This document shows, piece after piece, positions 10,357 through 16,660 of a stretch of 64,000 nucleotides of DNA. Location of the stretch: assembly GCA_036268455.1 (NCBI GenBank), contig DATAUD010000026.1:12407-76406 (forward strand). The letters run 5' to 3'. The stretch is from Verrucomicrobiia bacterium (GTDB lineage Bacteria; Verrucomicrobiota; Verrucomicrobiia; Limisphaerales; Palsa-1400). Position 1 is the first letter of the stretch. Each line of letters opens with the position of its first letter. The notes beneath the pieces are model-generated. The model saw only the letters and a program-made list of their open reading frames with translations. It was not told the origin of the DNA and ran no database searches. The translations under genes and the position numbers were made by a program.

Positions 10357-11379
10357 ATGAAACGGCTCCTTGCGTCTCTGGCAATCGTTCTCATCGCCGC
10401 CCCTGCGGTATTCTCGCAGGCCACCGATACCAACACTCCGCCACGGCGCGCGCGGCGCGGCCCTCCGAATTCAAACGATGTCTTCTATGCGCTCGGTCCT
10501 GATTCCAAACCGAAAGACGGTGTGCCGAAGGGCAGATTCGCGGGACCGAAGATCATTCCCAGCAACATTTTTCCCGGCACGCAACACACGTACGATGTTT
10601 ATATCCCCGCGCAATACGATCCCGCCGTCCCGACCGCCGTCATGATTTTCAACGACGGGCCGGCGATGAAAGCCGAACCCGGGGATGTCCAGGCCCAGAA
10701 CGTTTTGGACAACCTCATTTTCCGCCGCGAAATTCCGGTCATGCTCGGCGTTTTCATCAGCCCCGGTCGTCGTCCGAACCAGCCCGAACCCACCCCCCAG
10801 GAATGGGGAGATCGAACCGTCAATCGCGTCGAAGAATACAATCCGCCCACCGACAAATACGCCCGCGTCGTCACCGAGGAATTGATGCCGGCCTTGCGCA
10901 AGGACTACAATATTTCGCCCGACCCGAATCTGCACGGCATCATGGGCGCCAGTTCAGGCGGATGCGCCGCGTTCGCGGTCGCGTGGTTCCGTCCCAACGA
11001 TTTTCGCAAAGTCATCACGTTTGTCGGCAGCTTCACCAGCATTCGGGGCGAATATATCTACCCCGAACTGGTCGCGCAGAGTGAACCCAAGCCGATTCGG
11101 ATATTCATGCAGGACGGTCGCAATGACAACCGCCGTCCCGGCAATCCCAACGGAGATTGGTTCTACCAGAACGTGCGACTGATGAACGCGCTCACCAAAA
11201 AAGGATACGACATCAACTACACATGGGGCATCGGCAACCACGGCCAAAAGCAAGGCGGGGCGATTTTCCCGGATATGATGCGCTGGCTCTGGCGCGACCA
11301 GCCCGTCTCCACCGATCCCGACGACAAGGTTGAGCGCTCGTTCCACCTCCCCTCTCCCTCCGGGAGAGGGCCAGGGTGA
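10357..11379 (+). CDS. secreted esterase (putative esterase / enterochelin-esterase-like alpha/beta hydrolase)
   Basis: Signal peptide [22 protein letters not shown] at the internal ATG 10357, and a nucleophile-elbow-like GIMGASSGG. The last 12 codons are a GC-rich hairpin repeat. Confidence 0.7.
   Translation: MKRLLASLAIVLIAAPAVFSQATDTNTPPRRARRGPPNSNDVFYALGPDSKPKDGVPKGRFAGPKIIPSNIFPGTQHTYDVYIPAQYDPAVPTAVMIFNDGPAMKAEPGDVQAQNVLDNLIFRREIPVMLGVFISPGRRPNQPEPTPQEWGDRTVNRVEEYNPPTDKYARVVTEELMPALRKDYNISPDPNLHGIMGASSGGCAAFAVAWFRPNDFRKVITFVGSFTSIRGEYIYPELVAQSEPKPIRIFMQDGRNDNRRPGNPNGDWFYQNVRLMNALTKKGYDINYTWGIGNHGQKQGGAIFPDMMRWLWRDQPVSTDPDDKVERSFHLPSPSGRGPG
11350..11370. repeat. GC-rich 9-bp-stem hairpin (CCCTCTCCC-tcc-GGGAGAGGG), REP-like element between convergent genes
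   Basis: The perfect 9-bp inverted repeat with a 3-nt loop was read directly. It encodes ...[10 protein letters not shown] at the end of the esterase ORF. Confidence 0.5.
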
Positions 11380-11391
11380 GGGTTCTTCGCG

Positions 11392-12237
11392 CTAACTCTG
11401 GCTCTTCGCATCAATTGATTCGGCGACTTTCCTGAATACAGCCTCGTCCATCGCTACGAGGTTTTTGGCTTCCGGGAAACGTCCGTTTTGAACGTCCGCG
11501 GCATATTCCTTGAATGCGGCTATGCGCTCATTCTGCAACCGTTCATATTCCTTCCGAAAATTCCGGTACGCCTTCGCGTGGCGGGGAATTCGTTCATCGT
11601 AGTCCCCCAGGATGTCGTCCGAAAACAGGAATTGCGAGTCGCACCCATTGCCCGATCCCAGGGACATCAAAAACAGCGAAGTTTTTTTGCAAAGATAAGC
11701 CGCCAGGTTATGAGGCGCCAATTCCAATTCCGCCGCGTAGGCGCCCGCATTTTCAAGGCGCTTCATTTGGTCATACAATAACAGCGCTTCGTCGGCAGTC
11801 TTGCCAATCGCCCGAACATTCGTCCATGTCGCATGTCGCGGAACCATCCCCAGATGGCCGACCACAGGGACTCCCTCCAGCGCCATCGCTTCGATCATCC
11901 GAACGCTGGCCGAGCAATACACCGAACTTGCGCCCAATTCCAGCGCTTGGAATGCAATGCGAATTGCCTCCTCCGGCGAAGCCAATCCATGCGGTGTCGC
12001 AGCCGAAATAAAACTCTTTGGGGCCGCCGCCACGAGCAGAGGTAGCCGGGCCTGCGAGACTGGCGAGTCAAAGCTACAACTCATCAAATCAATCCCCGCC
12101 GCTTCCGCCGCTTCCGCCTCCTCCGGCGATTTAACGTGTATATGAGTCAAACATCGCTTCCCTTTGAGCCGCCGCAAATCATAGACGGTATATTTTTTGT
12201 CCAGTTTCCACATTCCGGGACAGTGTATTGCAGGCAT
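11392..12237 (-). CDS. PanB-family protein (3-methyl-2-oxobutanoate hydroxymethyltransferase-like), divergent
   Basis: VVGHLGMVPRH....IGKTADEA, AGAYAAELELAP and LMSLGSGNGCDSQFLFSDDILG are collinear with PanB motifs. The N-terminal GDS region is not canonical. Confidence 0.6.
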   Translation of the reverse strand: MPAIHCPGMWKLDKKYTVYDLRRLKGKRCLTHIHVKSPEEAEAAEAAGIDLMSCSFDSPVSQARLPLLVAAAPKSFISAATPHGLASPEEAIRIAFQALELGASSVYCSASVRMIEAMALEGVPVVGHLGMVPRHATWTNVRAIGKTADEALLLYDQMKRLENAGAYAAELELAPHNLAAYLCKKTSLFLMSLGSGNGCDSQFLFSDDILGDYDERIPRHAKAYRNFRKEYERLQNERIAAFKEYAADVQNGRFPEAKNLVAMDEAVFRKVAESIDAKSQS

Positions 12238-12657
12238 TGCCGCCGCAAGCCGGAAATTGCGCTTATCGTTCCGAGAGATGGGAATGAATAGAAAACGAAT
12301 CTGGAAATCATAAAATCAGGAATTCCTTTTCCTGATTTCCTTGAGTTCCAGACAGAAGTTTTCAGTTCGTAAGCCCCACTTGACGTTCATTGATTGTCAA
12401 CGTGACCGGGTCTTCCGCTTTGCGCCTCTGGGGCTTGGCGGCATCGCGTTAAAAATTCACCAGGTTGATCCCCAGCCTTTTCGGTGTTTCCGGCGGCAGT
12501 CACTCTTCGCCTTTATGGTTATCCTCAACTTCCGCGCACAGCGCAAAGAGCCTCAATGCAGAAAGCTCTTGCGAGTCCCATTATATGGTGGTATATAGTT
12601 TTTCAATGGGACATCCAAGTCACATTAGTCGAAAACAGCACAAAAAGAATGATCCTC

Positions 12658-13336
12658 ATGCAAACATCAGCATCCACCCCTGACACCACCGCCTCCACCC
12701 AGCGCCGCGGCAAAATCGCCCGCCTTCCACGCGAGATCCGCGAACAACTCAACACCCGCCTCGACGACGGCGAGGATGCCGCTCAAATCCTCTCCTGGCT
12801 CAACGCCCTTCCCGCCGTCCAGAAAGCCATCGCCACCCACTTCAACGGCCAGCCCATTTCCCCACAAAACCTCAGCGCCTGGCGCAAGGGCGGATTTCAG
12901 GAATGGCTCTTCCAAACCGATTACCTCGACAGCGCATTCCACATGCGCGAGCACATCCAGGAATTGCAAAAGGAAATCGACGCCGACACGCCCCGGCGAG
13001 TTCTTCCGCTCAATGGCCGACTTCATGGTCAACCATCTGGCCGTCCGTTTTACCGTCTTCATGGGCAGGTGGGACGGTTCTCCCACAGCCGACCATCAAG
13101 CCCTGATGAAAACCGCCATGATCATTTTGAAATTGCAGGCCGCTTGCCTCAAATCCGAACGCGCCGCTCTGGAAATTCCGCAATTGCGCTGGAAGGCCCG
13201 GCTTGAGCAAGAAAAACGCGATGAACTTCTTGCGGCCTACGAAGAACACAAGGAGGAGCAGGCCGAAGAAGTGCTTAAGGAATTCATGGAATCGTACGAA
13301 GCCAAAATGAAAAAAGAGGAAGCCAAAAAAGGGTAA
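12658..13336 (+). pseudogene. frameshifted conserved hypothetical (N-terminal RLPREIREQLNTRL helix-turn-helix-like region, DUF3486-like; helical Lys/Glu-rich C-terminus)
   Basis: Two overlapping ORFs (frames of 12484 and 12776) each look protein-like over only one half. The frames switch at the C4 run 12991-12994. The stop codon TAA 13334-13336 lies inside the IS inverted repeat. Confidence 0.55.
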
Positions 13337-13356
13337 TAATATACTTGTTGCAACAT
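13331..13356. repeat. left terminal inverted repeat GGGTAATAATATACTTGTTGCAACAT
   Basis: It is the exact reverse complement of 16442-16467. Confidence 0.85.
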
Positions 13357-13396
13357 GCGACGGGTGCAGCATAGCGGATGCCAAGCCGCCATTTTT

Positions 13397-13606
13397 TCAC
13401 TGGCGCTTTTTGGCTTCGCGCTTTTTCAGGTTGCTGGCCTGAAACTCAGCCAACTGCCGGTCTGATTCCGCCTTCGTATTCGATAATATCTTTTTGACAG
13501 AATTCTTAAATTCGTCAAACGGAATCAGCGGAACGTCATTGGCAGAGTGATGCTTTCTTCCACTCACAATTAAAAATTTTACAAACCTTGCAACATAAAC
13601 GCGCAA
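13397..13606 (-). CDS. small hypothetical ORF (passenger D), doubtful
   Basis: The ORF has a TTG start and no ATG, and it overlaps the 3' end of passenger C out of frame by 71 nt. The C-terminal ...FDEFKNSVKKILSNTKAESDRQLAEFQASNLKKREAKKRQ looks protein-like. Confidence 0.3.
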   Translation of the reverse strand: MRVYVARFVKFLIVSGRKHHSANDVPLIPFDEFKNSVKKILSNTKAESDRQLAEFQASNLKKREAKKRQ

Positions 13607-14096
13607 GCATCTCTTTCATTGAACATCTTCTCCAAAGAATTTTGTATATCTTGCCGTAATCGTCCGGCTGTTGTCCTTCCAGTGAGTTGGGGGTATTATG
13701 AAAAATATCAATGCCCTTGCCGAGCTTGCTAGTCCAGAGGCCGCAATTCAATTGATCCGAAACGTGGGTAAATTCCCACTGCTGTGTGCCGTAGATTCCA
13801 AAAGCGGCGTATATCGCTACCTTCTTAATGAAGAAATTGAAACTTGTATCTAGGGTATCAGATTGCCTATAACCGCGCCTTTCAAACAAAAAAATGAAGC
13901 TATCTAGCGAGTAATCATCAGGAACGTCACTCGGCCATGTCTCCCATTTATTGATTGGTTTTGGCTCATACCACGCGGTTTGCGTGCGTTCTACAGACCA
14001 TCCGATGCAATTGTATTTATTCGTAGCCTCGCTCGTTTTTTTACCACCGTCAAGCCGAAGCTTTGGAAACAATGCGTTAATGTCCGGGGGGATCAT
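13536..14096 (-). CDS. passenger C: hypothetical protein with papain-like/NlpC-P60-like Cys...His signature
   Basis: KYNCIGWS (Cys30), KVAIYA...EFTHVSDQL (His111) and LWTSKLGKGIDIFH. The ATG at 14096 sits 1 nt after the stop of passenger B. The track start at 14168 would overlap B by 71 nt. Confidence 0.6.
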   Translation of the reverse strand: MIPPDINALFPKLRLDGGKKTSEATNKYNCIGWSVERTQTAWYEPKPINKWETWPSDVPDDYSLDSFIFLFERRGYRQSDTLDTSFNFFIKKVAIYAAFGIYGTQQWEFTHVSDQLNCGLWTSKLGKGIDIFHNTPNSLEGQQPDDYGKIYKILWRRCSMKEMLARLCCKVCKIFNCEWKKASLCQ

Positions 14097-14097
14097 T

Positions 14098-14526
14098 TCA
14101 GGATATATAGCGCTGCCTCTTTCCCCACGCAATCCAAGATGCAACAGCATCGTCAAATGTTTTGGCACACTTTGCCGGGTCCTGACCGCTCAATAGTTTG
14201 AGCGCCTCGAACCAAATATCTGGGCGTTCTCGCAGTTCTTCTAGTATCAGTGGAATAACGTCGCCTTGCGGTTGCTTCGCAAACAACCCGATTAGGCGCT
14301 GGTAAGTCGGGTGTGCATAGCGTCGCATGTTTAACGCATAAGACGCAGTCGTGTCTTGCCAGTCTTTTGCAAGGGTCCGAAAGTCCCTGACCAATGTGCT
14401 TTCGGGATTCGAGATTAACTCTATGTTCTCATTTAAATCGGCGAACTGATACAACACGCGACCGTCTGGACACGGCTCGTAGTGCGGAACCGCAAAATCA
14501 AAATTGATCTCAAAAGCTGTTTGCAT
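14098..14526 (-). CDS. passenger B: small helical hypothetical protein
   Basis: The 142-aa ORF has a perfect AAGGAG Shine-Dalgarno 8 nt upstream of its ATG, inside the end of passenger A. The C-terminal motif is HPTYQRLIGL...VIPLILEELRERPDIWFEALKLLSGQDP...WIAWGK. Confidence 0.65.
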   Translation of the reverse strand: MQTAFEINFDFAVPHYEPCPDGRVLYQFADLNENIELISNPESTLVRDFRTLAKDWQDTTASYALNMRRYAHPTYQRLIGLFAKQPQGDVIPLILEELRERPDIWFEALKLLSGQDPAKCAKTFDDAVASWIAWGKRQRYIS

Positions 14527-14531
14527 AAGTT

Positions 14532-15203
14532 TTACTCCTTGTCTTCAAAAAATCGAACGCCGCTTTTTTGAATATACGATTTCAGTAAAGCGTGCTTCTT
14601 TTCCGCCCTTTCGATAGACTTTTTAAGTTTTTGAAGGTCATCACCATTCATGGCCACGTAGATGTCGTGATGCCTTCCTTCGTGGTGGTAATAGAGATTC
14701 AACGTGTGAATAATCACACCGGCATCAATTGACGTGGCAGACTCGGAAAAAACTGGGCGCATGTCGGAAAGAATGCGGACTCCACAAAAGACCTTGTCTT
14801 GGTCAGACATCACGTTAATCGTTTTCCCGATTAACCCCATACCCCCGCCGACATTCAAAAGTTGTGATAGTCGATCTATAAATACGCTCAGCTTGTCCAT
14901 TGGAAAACCCCTTGGCTCCTCGCTTTCGATTGTCAGCCTTACGTCACTTGTCAGTCCCTGTGCGGTTCTCCCGATGGAACTCATTAACCGATGCAGAGAA
15001 GAAACAGTGCGGACAAGTTGGCGAGTGATCTCAATAGAGACCGAAGGAACTCGCTCGTGAAGAGCGGACGCAAAATTTAAATGCGTTACGGTCGGCCCGA
15101 TTTCCTCAATTCCATTCAACAAATTCTCGAATGACTTGTCATCGAGCAACGCAATAGATTTGTAAACTCGATATTCCGAGGATGGAATTTTAAACTGTGG
15201 CAT
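14532..15203 (-). CDS. passenger A: hypothetical protein, 223 aa
   Basis: A clean ATG ORF 50 nt downstream of the transposase stop with plausible protein composition. I recognise no family. Confidence 0.6.
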   Translation of the reverse strand: MPQFKIPSSEYRVYKSIALLDDKSFENLLNGIEEIGPTVTHLNFASALHERVPSVSIEITRQLVRTVSSLHRLMSSIGRTAQGLTSDVRLTIESEEPRGFPMDKLSVFIDRLSQLLNVGGGMGLIGKTINVMSDQDKVFCGVRILSDMRPVFSESATSIDAGVIIHTLNLYYHHEGRHHDIYVAMNGDDLQKLKKSIERAEKKHALLKSYIQKSGVRFFEDKE

Positions 15204-15253
15204 ATCTAATTGTCCGATCTCTTCTTTCCACGACGTTGCCGATTTTCGTGCAT

Positions 15254-16210
15254 TCAGCTTCCACCGGTGGCTCCAATTAACTGCTTATACGTCATGTGCT
15301 TTCCGGTCATTCCACCCACCGCTTTCACGAATCTCTCACCGTCCACATTGGTTCGATTATTGAACCGAAACGCCTCCTCATCAAGATAACGGAAGAGGTG
15401 AAATGGTTCAACACTCACATGGGTGCCTTTGAAACAACGCTTTAGCAAGCACCAAAAATTTTCAAGCCCGTTCGTGTGAACTGCACCCTTTGCGTAACAC
15501 TCCGCATGGTCAATCGTCCGGTGAATATAATCGCGCTCCAATCCATTATATGACCGCAACGCATCGGTATAAATTTGGGAACCAGCGGCGACGTGCTGGC
15601 GAATTTCACCTTGAACGGTTGGCCGTTTGGCATTCGGGACGTGCTTTAGTTTGACGCGGCTGCCAGTGGCGTGCCGTTCCAAAAGTCCCATAACGATTGC
15701 CTTGCCGACGCCCCCAGTTCCACGACCTGGCTTGCGTCGGTGTTTGGCATTCATTAAGCGGACTCGTCCGCCGATATATGTTTCATCGGCTTCCACCTGC
15801 CCGGACATTTTTTCAAAGGTGCCGTCTTTGAGAGCCAAACGAATGCGGTGCTCCAAAAACCAAGCGGTCTTTTGCGTGATTCCAAGTGCGCGGTGAATCT
15901 CGTATGAACTAATGCCGTTTTTCGCGCTGGACATCAGCCAGAACGCCACGAGCCATTTATCTAGCGACAGATGGCTGTCCTCCATAATCGTGCCAACCTT
16001 GACGGAAAATTGCTCCCGTTTCGGACAATCTTCGCATGTCCAGACGCGACGCTTGGCTGTGAAGGACACATGGACGGAACCGCAACGGGGGCATTTTACA
16101 ACGCCGTCCGGCCAGCGGATATTCTTGACGAATTCAAGCGCAACATCTGGGTTGGAAAAATAAACAATTGCGTCTTGCAACGTCTTAGGAATTTGTTGAT
16201 CTGTGTTCAT
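15254..16210 (-). CDS. IS1595-family transposase (zinc-ribbon + ISXO2-like DDE domain)
   Basis: RWPDGVVKCPRCGS...WTCEDC, SSYEIHRALGITQKTAWFLEHRIR, EADETYIGG, IYTDALRSYNGL and HTNGLENFWCLLKR. I used ATG 16210 (MNTDQQIPKTLQDAIVYF) because the track start at 16336 is TTG. Confidence 0.85.
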   Translation of the reverse strand: MNTDQQIPKTLQDAIVYFSNPDVALEFVKNIRWPDGVVKCPRCGSVHVSFTAKRRVWTCEDCPKREQFSVKVGTIMEDSHLSLDKWLVAFWLMSSAKNGISSYEIHRALGITQKTAWFLEHRIRLALKDGTFEKMSGQVEADETYIGGRVRLMNAKHRRKPGRGTGGVGKAIVMGLLERHATGSRVKLKHVPNAKRPTVQGEIRQHVAAGSQIYTDALRSYNGLERDYIHRTIDHAECYAKGAVHTNGLENFWCLLKRCFKGTHVSVEPFHLFRYLDEEAFRFNNRTNVDGERFVKAVGGMTGKHMTYKQLIGATGGS

Positions 16211-16214
16211 TACC

Positions 16215-16358
16215 TTAGCTGTTCTGGGTCTTTTTCCCTTTTTCTTTCTCCCATCGTGCGAGCGCAGCGGCGCGGGCTTGTGCGCTGGTTCGGGCTTTTG
16301 CTTTGCCTTTTCCGGCTCTACCTCCCAGTCTTCCAAGCTGTTGCGCCGCTTTGTTCAT
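16215..16358 (-). CDS. 47-codon Lys/Ala/Gly-rich small ORF between IRR and transposase
   Basis: Own translation gives MNKAAQQLGRLGGRAGKGKAKARTSAQARAAALARWEKEKGKKTQNS. It stops 4 nt before the transposase ATG and is below the track size cut-off. Confidence 0.35.
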   Translation of the reverse strand: MNKAAQQLGRLGGRAGKGKAKARTSAQARAAALARWEKEKGKKTQNS

Positions 16359-16441
16359 GGTGATAGTATGCACAACCGCTTGCGCATGTGCAACAATTAT
16401 TTTTCATAATATATGTAAGTTGTTGACAGTAAGGATAATTT

Positions 16442-16467
16442 ATGTTGCAACAAGTATATTATTACCC
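16442..16467. repeat. right terminal inverted repeat ATGTTGCAACAAGTATATTATTACCC
   Basis: It is the exact reverse complement of 13331-13356. Confidence 0.85.
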
Positions 16468-16660
16468 TGCTAAAGGTTCGCGCAAAAAACCCGGTTCCAG
16501 CACAAAACCTACCGAACCGACTGTCATAGAGAATGTTAAGTTTGATGAGGGCCATCAAATCTCCCCTTCGTCCGAAGCAGGAGTCGAAAACAGCTTGCCA
16601 GCAGGCCCAGCTTGTGAAAAATTTCACTAAGTCGGTTGAGCAGGTTCGAGAATCAAGTTT

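Larger units (their letters stand above)
13331..16467 (-). mobile_element. IS1595-family insertion sequence carrying passenger genes (transporter IS), about 3.1 kb
   Basis: Perfect 26-bp terminal inverted repeats, an intact IS1595-type transposase, an AT-richer interior, and 3-4 extra ORFs between the transposase and the left end. Confidence 0.8.

Noticed and set aside
13323-13330. Search for the 8-bp target-site duplication expected for IS1595 elements.
   Set aside because: The left flank CCAAAAAA and right flank TGCTAAAG (16468-16475) do not match. Shifting the ends by 1-2 nt does not help, so I claim no TSD.
14820-14843. Walker-A-like GMGLIGKT in passenger A, as evidence for a P-loop NTPase.
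   Set aside because: The pattern match could be chance. Only about 95 residues follow it, there is no convincing Walker B, and it is mid-protein. This is not enough to call an ATPase.
16442-16630. 62-aa ORF as an independent gene.
   Set aside because: Its ATG and first 8 codons lie inside the IS inverted repeat. At best it is a displaced gene fragment (see findings).
16643-16654. GGTTCGAGAATC, reminiscent of a tRNA T-arm and so possibly a tRNA-derived attachment-site remnant next to the accessory region.
   Set aside because: It has a two-base insertion relative to GGTTCGAATC, the flanks do not pair into a T-stem, and no acceptor stem is present.
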